A DNA stretch of 60,263 bases from Ruminococcus sp. GTDB taxonomy: Bacteria; Bacillota; Clostridia; Oscillospirales; Ruminococcaceae. Every line of letters begins with the position of its first letter. The first letter of the stretch is position 1. The translations under genes were made by a program, and so were the position numbers. A model generated the notes under the pieces. That model was given only the letters and a program-made list of their open reading frames with translations. It was not told the DNA's origin and searched no databases. Positions 18,610-28,060 of this stretch are shown one piece after another. The stretch spans positions 1-60,263 of the forward strand of contig JAFXEJ010000102.1 in assembly GCA_017513795.1 (NCBI GenBank). Direction: 5' to 3'.

Positions 18610-20061
18610 TTACGAATTGCTTTCAGTTTCCTTTTTTTCAGGCAGTTTCTTTTTTTCAAGACATACACATGAAGCTCCGGCAGCAGCCCAGAAAATCGGT
18701 GCAAAAGTGATATTGCTGCATCCGATGAGGAAGATAAGCGCTCCGCCGAGAGTTACAAAAAACAGAACAGCATTTTCCGGTTCAACAGCGATCTTTGTGT
18801 TTCTGAAGCCGTGGCAGAGAACGGGAATGAGCATGCAGAGGAGAGCAAGAAGCGAGGGGATTCCTCTTGTTGCGGTGGTGTAGAGATATTCGTTGTATAC
18901 CTTGTCGAATGTTCCAGCGTTGTTGCTGATGATATCGGTAACGGATTTGAGTTCTTCGCCGGTGGGGGATTTTACAGTGTATAACTGAGGATATACAAGC
19001 TGTTCAGGACCTGTACCAGTCATAGGAGACTCCTTGATGATATCAATTGTTTTGGTGTTGAGAAAATAATACACATCAAAAGTATCATTGATATCAACGG
19101 CACGGTCGTCATAAAGTCCGCTTGACGAAATTCTGCTGTAGGAGTCGAAAGTCCAGAGAGTCTTGCCGTCAAGAAGCTTGTAACTGCTTGATTTTGAACC
19201 GATTCCGGCAAAGCAGAGCACAAGAGCGAGTGCGCCGGATGCAGCGGGGAGAATCATAAGCAAAAGAGCTTTTTTGGGTGATTTTCTGATTACAGCTGCT
19301 GCAATTGTGAAGATAACTGCCAAAGCTATTCCGACAAGACTCATTAATGAGAATGTATAGATCATGGTGAAAATGAATATACAGGAGCTTGCCAGACAGA
19401 ATATGCGGTATTTTCCGGAAGATGTGAGAGCAGATGATACCATTGCTGCTATAAGTGCAAGAGTGAGCGTCATTGCCAGAAAGATAGGGGACTGTGAAAG
19501 TCCGGAAGCAGCGAAGTCCAGATTGGTGAGAAGAGGCGGATAGTGTGTGAACTCGCCTGTAAATATCTGTATCATAGCAAAAGCTGAGTTTGCGATACCG
19601 GCGAGAATAATTCCGTTGATAACGCTTTTCAGAGCTTTCTGATGTTTCAGCGAGGCAGCCGTTATGAAGAAGCAGCAATAGAATATGATTGCAAGAAGCC
19701 CCTCACCACGCTGCGGAAATCCGTAGAATCCGATGTTGATGTCGTATGAATCGAGCATGGAAACTGCTCCCCAGCCGATCATTGCGCCGAAAGCACAGGC
19801 GGAGAAAATTGCTTTGCCTGCGATGAATTTTCTGATTATAGCGATAAGAGCCATAATCATGCAGAAAACTCCGGGAATAACAAGCCCGAAAGTTGAGCTG
19901 GAATATGTCATTTCTTTGTTGATTTCAGGAGGAATGGTAAAGAGCGATACAGAAAGACAGGCAGCGATAATGCCGAGAGAAGCCGCCTTTGAGTACTGTT
20001 CCTCCGTCATATTAAGGATAAAGTTGGATTTATCCGAGGTATTCATTAGATTTTTAGCCAT
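18610..20061 (-). CDS. O-antigen ligase-like membrane protein
   Basis: Multi-TM; G...R.EGL; P.TGTGP; DK.YNEYL....T.GI resembles Wzy_C. Confidence 0.7.
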   Translation of the reverse strand: MAKNLMNTSDKSNFILNMTEEQYSKAASLGIIAACLSVSLFTIPPEINKEMTYSSSTFGLVIPGVFCMIMALIAIIRKFIAGKAIFSACAFGAMIGWGAVSMLDSYDINIGFYGFPQRGEGLLAIIFYCCFFITAASLKHQKALKSVINGIILAGIANSAFAMIQIFTGEFTHYPPLLTNLDFAASGLSQSPIFLAMTLTLALIAAMVSSALTSSGKYRIFCLASSCIFIFTMIYTFSLMSLVGIALAVIFTIAAAVIRKSPKKALLLMILPAASGALALVLCFAGIGSKSSSYKLLDGKTLWTFDSYSRISSSGLYDDRAVDINDTFDVYYFLNTKTIDIIKESPMTGTGPEQLVYPQLYTVKSPTGEELKSVTDIISNNAGTFDKVYNEYLYTTATRGIPSLLALLCMLIPVLCHGFRNTKIAVEPENAVLFFVTLGGALIFLIGCSNITFAPIFWAAAGASCVCLEKKKLPEKKETESNS

Positions 20062-20095
20062 AGCCTCATACCTTTCTCATAGGGAATGTATTTGT

Positions 20096-20123
20096 AAAAA
20101 AGCGGACGGAATGAACCGTCCGC
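20096..20123 (-). terminator. Terminator after rny
   Basis: GCGGACGG-loop-CCGTCCGC-TTTTTT on minus strand. Confidence 0.75.
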
Positions 20124-20134
20124 AATTTTCAGCG

Positions 20135-21721
20135 TTATTTAGCGTAGTCAGTGACTCTGCTTTCACGAATGAGATTAACCTTGATCTGTCCGGGATAATC
20201 CATTTCATTTTCAATCTGCTGAGAGATCTGTCTTGCAACGAGAACCATTTTTTCATCATTGATGATCTCAGGGATAACCATGATTCTGACCTCACGTCCA
20301 GCCTGAACGGCAAAGCATTTCTCAACGCCCTCATAGGATGTGCAGATTTCTTCAAGCTTCTGAAGACGCTTGATGTAGCTTTCGTAATTTTCGCTTCTTG
20401 CGGCAGGTCTTGCGGCGGAGATAGCGTCGGCAGCCTGAACGATACAAGCGATAACTGTCTTAGGTTCAACGTCATTGTGGTGAGCTTCAACAGCATGGAT
20501 AACAACGGGATTTTCGTTGTATTTTTTACATACGTCAACACCGATCTGAACGTGTGAGCCTTCAATTTCAGAAGTAAGAGCCTTACCGATATCGTGGAGA
20601 AGACCGGCACGGCGTGCGATATTTGCGTCAACGCCAAGCTCAGAAGCGAGAACTCCGCAGAGCTTAGCCACTTCGATAGAGTGGTCAAGGACGTTCTGAC
20701 GATAGCTTGTACGGAATTTAAGACGTCCGATAAGCTTGATAAGTTCGTGATTCATGCCGTGAACGTTAGTTTCGATAACAGCACGTTCACCTTCCTGCTT
20801 GATGCGGTACTCAACCTCACGGCGAGCCTTATCGACCATTTCCTCGATGCGTGTGGGGTGGATACGTCCGTCAGCAATAAGCTTTTCGAGAGCGATCCTT
20901 GCGACCTCACGGCGGATCTGATCGAAGCAGGAGAGAGTAATAGCTTCGGGTGTGTCGTCGATGATAAGATCGACGCCTGTAAGAGTTTCAAGAGTTCTGA
21001 TGTTTCTGCCTTCACGACCGATGATACGTCCCTTCATTTCGTCATTTGGGAGCGGTACAACGGAAACGGCGGCTTCTGACACCTGTTCTGCTGCCACCTT
21101 AGCGATAGCGAGAGAGATGTAACCTCTTGCCTTTTCGTGGCATTCGTCCTTGATCTGCTGTTCATAGGCAGCAACCTTAACAGCCTTTTCGTGAACGAGA
21201 TCTTCTTCAAGCTTTGAGATTATGTATTCCTTAGCCTGATCTTTAGTGAATTCAGAGATTCTTTCAAGAACATCGAGCTGACCTTTCTTGATAGCCTCAG
21301 CTTCCTTGAGCTTTTCATCAGCTGATTTGATCTTCTGATTGAGGATATCCTCTTTTCTTTCGAGGTTGTCGTTTTTCTTGTCGAGATTCTCTTCTTTCTG
21401 CTGCATACGTCTTTCCTGACGTGACAAATCTGCTCTGCGATCCTTGATTTCCTTATCAGCTTCTGTGCGGAGCTTATGGATTTCGTCCTTTGCCTCAATG
21501 AGAGCACTTTTCTTTTTGTTGTCGGCATCTTTTCTGGCGTCCTCGACGATACGTTCAGCCTGCTGTTCAGCGGAGCCTATAATAGATTCAGCCTGCTGTT
21601 TACGTTTTTCAACGCCTGCTGCAACACCCTTTTTGAAAGCGATGAATCCAGCGACAGCGGCGCCAGCAATGAGAGCCACAACGATCAGAATGATAGCAAC
21701 AATCAAGTCCATACAGTGCAT
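20135..21721 (-). CDS. rny: Ribonuclease Y
   Basis: N-terminal TM, coiled coil, KH ([12 protein letters not shown]), HD (LLHDIGK), DAISAARP. Confidence 0.97.
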   Translation of the reverse strand: MHCMDLIVAIILIVVALIAGAAVAGFIAFKKGVAAGVEKRKQQAESIIGSAEQQAERIVEDARKDADNKKKSALIEAKDEIHKLRTEADKEIKDRRADLSRQERRMQQKEENLDKKNDNLERKEDILNQKIKSADEKLKEAEAIKKGQLDVLERISEFTKDQAKEYIISKLEEDLVHEKAVKVAAYEQQIKDECHEKARGYISLAIAKVAAEQVSEAAVSVVPLPNDEMKGRIIGREGRNIRTLETLTGVDLIIDDTPEAITLSCFDQIRREVARIALEKLIADGRIHPTRIEEMVDKARREVEYRIKQEGERAVIETNVHGMNHELIKLIGRLKFRTSYRQNVLDHSIEVAKLCGVLASELGVDANIARRAGLLHDIGKALTSEIEGSHVQIGVDVCKKYNENPVVIHAVEAHHNDVEPKTVIACIVQAADAISAARPAARSENYESYIKRLQKLEEICTSYEGVEKCFAVQAGREVRIMVIPEIINDEKMVLVARQISQQIENEMDYPGQIKVNLIRESRVTDYAK

Positions 21722-21824
21722 TACCTCCTTTTTAAGAATTTAATTTAATAAGCTTGTATTATAAACCTATTACTAAAAGGCGGTAAATGCCGCATTATTT
21801 TATTCATTTAAATATATTGATTAA

Positions 21825-22040
21825 GAGTCTGCGCTTTTGCAGAACCCGTAAAACATGTTGGACGTTCAGCGTCCGGTGCGGATAACCGGCGGAAAAAAGC
21901 AGATCCGGCGGTGTAGCTGCACAGTTGTTTGAATCATATTTATACAGCGGAGGCGATATATATCTTTAGACGCCATCCGAGGATGATGTAAAACAAAGCC
22001 GCATAAACTGCCATAGTAATACTATGCGAATAAATACAAC
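21825..22040 (-). ncRNA. Candidate 6S-like RNA or structured rny leader
   Basis: Downstream of a consensus promoter; end-to-end pairing; CCAACATGTTTTACGGGTTC resembles the Firmicute 6S 3' motif CCCACCUG..GCGGGUUC. Confidence 0.4.
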
Positions 22041-22046
22041 ATAATT

Positions 22047-22075
22047 ATTATACACTTTTTCAGCGAATATGTCAA
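22047..22075 (-). promoter_or_regulatory. Consensus sigmaA promoter ~320 nt upstream of rny
   Basis: TTGACA-17-TATAAT. Confidence 0.8.
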
Positions 22076-22154
22076 TAGAATTTTGGTAATAAATGCAAGT
22101 AAAAAAATATATTTTTTTAAGTTTGAATGCTATTTTTTGTCAATGAATATGTTC

Positions 22155-22183
22155 TTGACTTTTTGATAAGAATAGTATATAAT
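22155..22183 (+). promoter_or_regulatory. sigmaA-type promoter of esterase-dockerin gene
   Basis: TTGACT-17-TATAAT. Confidence 0.7.
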
Positions 22184-22247
22184 ACGATTAAGTAAATATA
22201 GTTTATTAGTATCAGAACTAATTTAATGAGAATCAAGGAGGAACAAA

Positions 22248-23600
22248 ATGAAAAAAATATTATCTGCATTGGTTTCTGCTGTTATGGGTATGTCAGCAGT
22301 AATAATTCCGCCTGTACAGGCAGTCGGCGAGACTTCCGGCGTTGACAGCATTTCGATTTTTGGCGACAGTATTGCTTCCGGATACGGTCTTGATCCTGAG
22401 AAGGAATATAATTACGGTCAGATAATCGGCGATTATCTCGGCGCTGAGGTTGGAAATTATGCTGTTTCCGGCGATACTACCTTTGATATGCTCGAAGATG
22501 TGAAGAATCTTTCTGATGAGCAGAAAAACTTCATATCCGGCTCTGAGGTCGTAGTTATTTCTATCGGCGGAAATGATCTTATGCTGTATTCAGCAAAGAA
22601 GATTCTTGCCTTTGCCGCAGACAACGGATTCCTTAACGAGGGTTTCACAAAGGATAATATTCCGCAGAATCCCGATATCACAGACCTTCTTGTATATATC
22701 AATATATACGGCGAGGGCGGTCTTATGGAATTTGCTTCCACAGGACTTACTGCTCAGCTGAAGCTCGGCAGACTTCTCACAGATATTTACTCCAATCTCT
22801 GCCTTTCTTCAGGAAATAACGAAAACTACATCAGCAATGTGATGATTCCCAATATCACTGAGGCTATTGAAATTATAAAGTCTATCAATCCTGATGCGAG
22901 AATTATCATTCAGAGTGTATATCAGCCGCTTCAGCTTTCGCCGGAGTATATGGCTGAGAAGCTGCCTGGTGACAAGGCTGTTGCCGCAGGTATGGTAAGA
23001 CTGAGATTTGAGGCTATTCTCGCTGATTACAGAGCGAAACTTGACGCTATCGAGGGCGTTGAGATAGCTGATATCCTGAACGAATTCACATCGCTTCCGG
23101 ATGATGCGGAAGATACAGAACAGGGATATGCATATTACTTCACTGATATGCAGCTTTCCGGCGAGGAAAGAGATTTCCACCCGAATCAGAGAGGTCATCT
23201 TGCAATTGCAGCAGAGATACTCGATACTATCGGTATTCTCCACGATGACAAGGGCCTTATGACAGAGGTTTACCGCAATCTGCCTTCATCGGAAGGAGAT
23301 ATAATCTATCCTCATATCGCTCTTGACACATATAAAAAGGTTGCCGGAAACTTTATGCTCGGCGATGTCGATTTTGATAATATTATTACCGGCTCGGATG
23401 CAACTTATGCTCTCAGAGAATATACTGTTCTTGGCGGCGGCGGAGATACACTTTTCTCCTCAATGCAGAAAAAGGCTGCTGATATTGATAATGATGGAAT
23501 TATCACCGGATCTGACGCTCAGAAAATTCTTAGCTACTATACGTATGTTTCTTCCGGCGGAAAACTCTCAATGGAAGAATATCTTAAATCGCAGAAATAA
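22248..23600 (+). CDS. Secreted SGNH/GDSL hydrolase with C-terminal dockerin
   Basis: Signal peptide; GDSIASG, GGND, DFHPN blocks; duplicated GDVDFDNIITGSDA / ADIDNDGIITGSDA. Confidence 0.9.
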   Translation: MKKILSALVSAVMGMSAVIIPPVQAVGETSGVDSISIFGDSIASGYGLDPEKEYNYGQIIGDYLGAEVGNYAVSGDTTFDMLEDVKNLSDEQKNFISGSEVVVISIGGNDLMLYSAKKILAFAADNGFLNEGFTKDNIPQNPDITDLLVYINIYGEGGLMEFASTGLTAQLKLGRLLTDIYSNLCLSSGNNENYISNVMIPNITEAIEIIKSINPDARIIIQSVYQPLQLSPEYMAEKLPGDKAVAAGMVRLRFEAILADYRAKLDAIEGVEIADILNEFTSLPDDAEDTEQGYAYYFTDMQLSGEERDFHPNQRGHLAIAAEILDTIGILHDDKGLMTEVYRNLPSSEGDIIYPHIALDTYKKVAGNFMLGDVDFDNIITGSDATYALREYTVLGGGGDTLFSSMQKKAADIDNDGIITGSDAQKILSYYTYVSSGGKLSMEEYLKSQK

Positions 23601-23604
23601 TCTG

Positions 23605-23905
23605 CCGCTGTTAACGGCGATGTTCTTATAGGAACTTTATATGTATTTATCGGGGGAAACCTTTCTGAGGAAAGGTTCTCCCCCGAACCCCCTTCCAAAG
23701 ACTTTTAACATTAAAATTTCCGCCTGATAGGGCACACACACCAGACAAATGAGAAATTTCAATATCTCTTTCTGTGTGCCCTATCAGGCGGAAATTTAAT
23801 ACTGAAAGTTTTAGGAAAGGAGTTTGAGGAATAACCCTTTTTCAAAAGGGTTTTCCTCAATAAAAACGTGTATAACTCCTGTAAGAATACCACTGTTAAC
23901 AGTGG
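23605..23905 (+). repeat. Large palindromic repeat, copy 1 (conserved core 23647-23863)
   Basis: Core nearly identical to 55506-55723 and reverse complement of 53358-53638; perfect 25-bp central IR 23714-23738/23773-23797. Confidence 0.9.
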
Positions 23906-23910
23906 AAAAA

Positions 23911-25857
23911 TTATCTGATTTTAGCGCCGGCGGGGATGCTGTCATCGAGGAAGATAACTTTCACGCCGTCTGGGGTATCTGCTGCGCAGATCATTCCGAA
24001 GCTGTCAACGCCGCAGAGCTTGCATGGCTTGAGGTTAGCGACAAGCTGAATTGTCTTGCCGACGAGATCTTCGGGAGCGTAATACTGAGCGATACCGGAA
24101 ACAACCTGACGTCCGCCCATACCGTCATCAACCTGTAAGCAGAGAAGCTTTTTGGATTTCTTGACCTTTTCGCATGAAATAACCTTTGCGGCTCTGATTT
24201 CCACCTTAGCGAAGTCGTCGATAGCGATTTCGGGAGCGAGGATGATTTCCTCCTTAGCTGCTTCTTCCTTCTGAGCGGCAGCAGCCTGAGCAGCCATTTT
24301 AGCGTTAGCTTCTTCGATGAACTTTTCAGCGTCGATTCTTGCGAAAAGCGGAACAGGCTCGCCTACGGATTTGCCTGCTTCAAGACCGCCGAATGATGCA
24401 AGGCTGTCGAGATCACGTTTTTCAGCGCCGATTTCGTCGAGGATCTTCTCAGAAGTTTCGGGCATGAACGGAGCAAGAGCAACACCGATGAAGCGGATAG
24501 CTTCGAGGAGGTTGTAAAGAACAGTTCCGAGTCTTTCCTTCTTGCTTTCGTCCTTTGCGAGAACCCACGGAGCAGTTTCGTCGATATACTTGTTAGCACG
24601 GCGAGCAAGGCTCATGATAGCGTCCATTGTGTCAGCCATACGGTATTCGTCCATGTATTTTGCAACAAGAACCGGCATTTCAACAGCTTTTGCCTTGAGT
24701 TCGTCATCTGTATCTTCGGAAGCGCCGGGAACCATAATTTCGCCGTTGAAGTACTTCTTAGCCATAGCAACGCTTCTGTTTACAAGATTTCCAAGAGTAT
24801 TAGCGAGGTCAGAGTTGTATCTCTCGATAAGTGATTCATAAGTGATAGAACCGTCAGAATTGAGTGGCATTTCGCTGAGGAGGTAGTATCTTGCGCCGTC
24901 AACGCCGAATGATTCAACAACATCGTCGGAGTAGATAACATTTCCCTTGGACTTGCTCATCTTGTCCTCACCGAAAAGGATCCAGTTGTGGCCAAAGAGC
25001 TTCTTGGGGATTTCAAGACCAAGAGCGTGAAGCATGATAGGCCAGTAAATGGAGTGAAAACGCATGATATCCTTACCGATAACGTGGCAGTCACAAGGCC
25101 AGTACTTGTTGAAAAGCTCGGAGGAGCCGTCAGGATCGTAGCCCATAGCGGTGATGTAGTTTGAAAGTGCGTCGATCCACACATAGATAACGTGCTTGGG
25201 ATCGAAAGTAACGGGGATACTCCATGTGAAAGTAGTTCTTGAAACGCAGAGATCCTGAAGACCAGGCTTGATGAAGTTATTGAGCATTTCCTTCTTGCGG
25301 CTTTCAGGAACGATAAAGTCAGGATTTTCCTCGATGTAATCTTCGAGCCATTTCTGATACTTTGAAAGTCTGAGGAAGTAAGCTTCTTCGTTAGCCGGTT
25401 TTACCTCACGTCCGCAGTCGGGACATTTGCCGTCAACAAGCTGAGAAGCTGTCCAGAAGCTTTCACAGGGGGTGCAGTAAAGTCCCTCGTAGGAGCTTTT
25501 GTAGATATCGCCCTGATCGTAGAGCTTCTTGAATATCTTCTGAACGATTTTTTCGTGCTGTTCGTCAGTAGTTCTGATAAATCCGTCGTAGGAAATATTC
25601 ATAAGCTTGCAGATAGACTTGATCTCAGCAGCGACACGGTCAACGTGTTCCTTGGGGGAGATACCTTCTTCCTTTGCGAGTTCTTCTATTTTAAGGCCAT
25701 GCTCGTCTGTTCCGGTGAGCATGTAAACGTCATATCCCTGCATTCTCTTGAAACGTGCAACAGCGTCAGTGAAAACGATCTCATAGGTGTTGCCGATATG
25801 AGGTTTTTTCGACGCATAGGCGATAGCCGTAGTTATATAGAATGGTTTTTTTGACAT
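23911..25857 (-). CDS. metG: Methionyl-tRNA synthetase
   Basis: PHIGN, GTDEHG, YVWIDAL, GKDI, KMSKS, C-terminal tRNA-binding domain. Confidence 0.97.
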   Translation of the reverse strand: MSKKPFYITTAIAYASKKPHIGNTYEIVFTDAVARFKRMQGYDVYMLTGTDEHGLKIEELAKEEGISPKEHVDRVAAEIKSICKLMNISYDGFIRTTDEQHEKIVQKIFKKLYDQGDIYKSSYEGLYCTPCESFWTASQLVDGKCPDCGREVKPANEEAYFLRLSKYQKWLEDYIEENPDFIVPESRKKEMLNNFIKPGLQDLCVSRTTFTWSIPVTFDPKHVIYVWIDALSNYITAMGYDPDGSSELFNKYWPCDCHVIGKDIMRFHSIYWPIMLHALGLEIPKKLFGHNWILFGEDKMSKSKGNVIYSDDVVESFGVDGARYYLLSEMPLNSDGSITYESLIERYNSDLANTLGNLVNRSVAMAKKYFNGEIMVPGASEDTDDELKAKAVEMPVLVAKYMDEYRMADTMDAIMSLARRANKYIDETAPWVLAKDESKKERLGTVLYNLLEAIRFIGVALAPFMPETSEKILDEIGAEKRDLDSLASFGGLEAGKSVGEPVPLFARIDAEKFIEEANAKMAAQAAAAQKEEAAKEEIILAPEIAIDDFAKVEIRAAKVISCEKVKKSKKLLCLQVDDGMGGRQVVSGIAQYYAPEDLVGKTIQLVANLKPCKLCGVDSFGMICAADTPDGVKVIFLDDSIPAGAKIR

Positions 25858-26036
25858 GATGATCTCTCCAATCTTCAGATAATCCTTGACAGCACCGTAC
25901 AGATTGTACGATATTAATATATTAATATATTGTTAAGAAAATAGATTTAAAATAATAACATAGAAAAACGAGTTTTATGGTAATATATTATTGAGTAATT
26001 GTGAATAAATGAATTTGTTTTATGTGAAATTCGGAG

Positions 26037-27212
26037 GTGATTTTATTGTCAAATCTAACGGATTCAGAAGAAAAGGTAATTATAAATGTAGTAGATGATT
26101 TTGACGCTGCTGCTAAAGGAACAGGATATAACGGACATTTCAAGGAATGGCGCAAAAATAAGGATAATCCTTTTGCTTTTAATTTTGAAAAGAACAACAA
26201 AGAAAAAATATTCAACGAAAGCCGTGGATTTGAAACGCCGTCCCAGACGGATGAAGGAAAAAAGGTTTTAAGTGAAATAATGCGTGAAACGGGAATAATA
26301 ATGCTTGTAGTTATTGTTCTTAGGAATATTATCGGCAAAATTGCGGTCATAGTTCTTGATACAGTCGGATTTGATATTCATACCAACCTTTTCGGCTCGG
26401 GAATTTACGGCGGCAGTACGGAAATAGTTATGATTACTATTGTGCTTGCCTTTGTTACGCTTCTTACGCCTGTGATATATGCTCATAAGCGGATGAAAAT
26501 GCCGATGAAAGCCGGAATCATGCATACTGTCCGTGATTCAGCTGAGATTATTGCGGCGATAGGCTTTGCGATGATTTTCTGTACTATAGCCTGTCTGCCG
26601 GAAGCTTATTCCAGCGAAACAAAGGAAATCTATACATATTTTGCAAGCGCTGAAACTGATGTTTCTGTGTGGAATCAGAAGGATTTTGTGACTTATACCA
26701 TATTTGATGTGGTAATTATGTCAATTCTGACGGAGCTTCTTTTCAGGGGAGCAATTTTCTCGGCACTCAGGCAGTTTGGTGACGTTACGGCTATAGTAGT
26801 TACAACGGCTATGGCAGTACTTCTCACCGGAGATTTCTTTTCAATGCCGGCTGCGCTGCTCGTTTCAATAGTTTCTTCAATAGGAATGCTTCGCAGCGGT
26901 ACGATTTTTACGGCTGTTATTGTCCGTATCGTTTACAAAATGTATCAGCTTGCCATTGTTATCCTTGAAGTGGATACTTCTGCAAATATGATAATTACAC
27001 GAAACCTGTTTATGATGTTTGTTTTCATTCTTGGAATTATTCTTGCTTCGCTTGTTATGATTGTCGGCGGCAGAAAAAATAATCATTATCTGGTGACTTA
27101 CAAATCTGAATTTTCTCAGACCAGACGACTTGCCTTTGCGGTTAAGGTATTTCCTTTTCCGGCGGTTGCAATGCTGTGCGTAGTTCAGGCGGTAAGCAAT
27201 CTGCTGTATTAA
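26037..27212 (+). CDS. CPBP (CAAX/Abi) family membrane protein, apparently degenerate
   Basis: Multi-TM; TELLFRG..F.ALRQFG; GGAG before GTG start. Confidence 0.65.
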   Translation: MILLSNLTDSEEKVIINVVDDFDAAAKGTGYNGHFKEWRKNKDNPFAFNFEKNNKEKIFNESRGFETPSQTDEGKKVLSEIMRETGIIMLVVIVLRNIIGKIAVIVLDTVGFDIHTNLFGSGIYGGSTEIVMITIVLAFVTLLTPVIYAHKRMKMPMKAGIMHTVRDSAEIIAAIGFAMIFCTIACLPEAYSSETKEIYTYFASAETDVSVWNQKDFVTYTIFDVVIMSILTELLFRGAIFSALRQFGDVTAIVVTTAMAVLLTGDFFSMPAALLVSIVSSIGMLRSGTIFTAVIVRIVYKMYQLAIVILEVDTSANMIITRNLFMMFVFILGIILASLVMIVGGRKNNHYLVTYKSEFSQTRRLAFAVKVFPFPAVAMLCVVQAVSNLLY

Positions 27213-27224
27213 TGGAGCGGTATC

Positions 27225-27701
27225 ATGGATGAATATATGAATCGTGCCCTTGAGCTTGCGAAAGAAGCCGCTGATGAAGGCGAAGTTCCGGTGGGAGCTG
27301 TAATTGTTCAGCGTAAAACAGGCAGAATCGTCGGCGAGGGCAGAAATATGCGTGAGAATGCTAAAAATGCTCTTGCTCATGCGGAAATCATGGCTATAGA
27401 TATGGCATGTCGTACTCTCGGCGGATGGCGTCTGCCGGATTGCGCTATGTATGTCACACTGGAACCCTGTCCCATGTGCTGCGGAGCGATAATCAATTCA
27501 CGGATAGATCAGGTGATTTTCGGGGCATACGATCTGAAAAGCGGTTCTGCGGCTTCTGTGCAGAAAATGTTTGATCTGCCGTATAATTACCGTCCGGAGC
27601 TTATCGGCGGCGTTATGGAGCAGGAATGCGCTGATCTGCTGTCTGAATTCTTCCGGAAATTAAGAGAACGTGGCAAGAAGTACAAAAAAATACAGAAATA
27701 A
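27225..27701 (+). CDS. tadA: tRNA adenosine(34) deaminase
   Basis: EVPVGAVI, HAEI, TLEPCPMC. Confidence 0.93.
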   Translation: MDEYMNRALELAKEAADEGEVPVGAVIVQRKTGRIVGEGRNMRENAKNALAHAEIMAIDMACRTLGGWRLPDCAMYVTLEPCPMCCGAIINSRIDQVIFGAYDLKSGSAASVQKMFDLPYNYRPELIGGVMEQECADLLSEFFRKLRERGKKYKKIQK

Positions 27702-27732
27702 AAAACGGACGACCACTGGTCGTCCTGTTTTT
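27701..27732. terminator. Terminator whose stem matches the REP palindrome
   Basis: A run-GGACGACCACTGGTCGTCC-T run; 18/19 identical to 41119-41137. Confidence 0.7.
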
Positions 27733-27773
27733 TATATAAGGGACATCATTAATAATTTCATTCTGATAAAATA

Positions 27774-27800
27774 AAAAACTCCACGATAATCGTGGAGTTT
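27774..27800 (-). terminator. Terminator after tRNA-Leu
   Basis: AAACTCCACGAT-loop-ATCGTGGAGTTT, T run on minus strand. Confidence 0.75.
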
Positions 27801-27884
27801 GGTGCGAGTGATGGGACTTGAACCCATACGTCGGTTGACACACGCCCCTCAAACGTGCCTGTCTGCCTATTCCAGCACACTCGC
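27800..27884 (-). tRNA. tRNA-Leu (anticodon GAG), encoded CCA
   Basis: GCGAGTG acceptor stem, D loop GGAATAGGCAGAC, anticodon loop TTGAGGG, long variable arm, GGTTCAAGTCC, ACCA end. Confidence 0.96.
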
Positions 27885-27912
27885 ATTATTCTGTTTTCCT
27901 GACTGCTTTAAT

Positions 27913-27941
27913 ATTATATCAGATAAAAACAGATTTGTCAA
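27913..27941 (-). promoter_or_regulatory. Consensus promoter of tRNA-Leu
   Basis: TTGACA-17-TATAAT with TG extension; A/T tracts upstream (UP-like). Confidence 0.85.
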
Positions 27942-28016
27942 CCCCTTTTTTGAAAAAAATCGAAAAAAATTTGAAAAATTTTTTTAGAGCCGGAAAAACT
28001 GCGTAAAATAAATAAA

Positions 28017-28040
28017 GAACGGACTCCGAGGAGTCCGTTC
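28017..28040 (-). terminator. Terminator after PL11 gene
   Basis: GAACGGACTCC-loop-GGAGTCCGTTC followed by T-rich tract on minus strand. Confidence 0.75.
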
Positions 28041-28060
28041 AATAGGGGAGAGTAGATGTC

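Noticed and set aside
20077-20688. 203-aa alternative-frame ORF inside rny
   Set aside because: Ser/Leu/Arg-rich frame-shadow composition; rny is intact
25858-26036. T-box or SAM riboswitch before metG
   Set aside because: No T-box or S-box consensus visible; short AT-rich region
27800-27884. tRNA-Leu as prophage or island attachment site
   Set aside because: No integrase and no duplicated tRNA 3' end in the window
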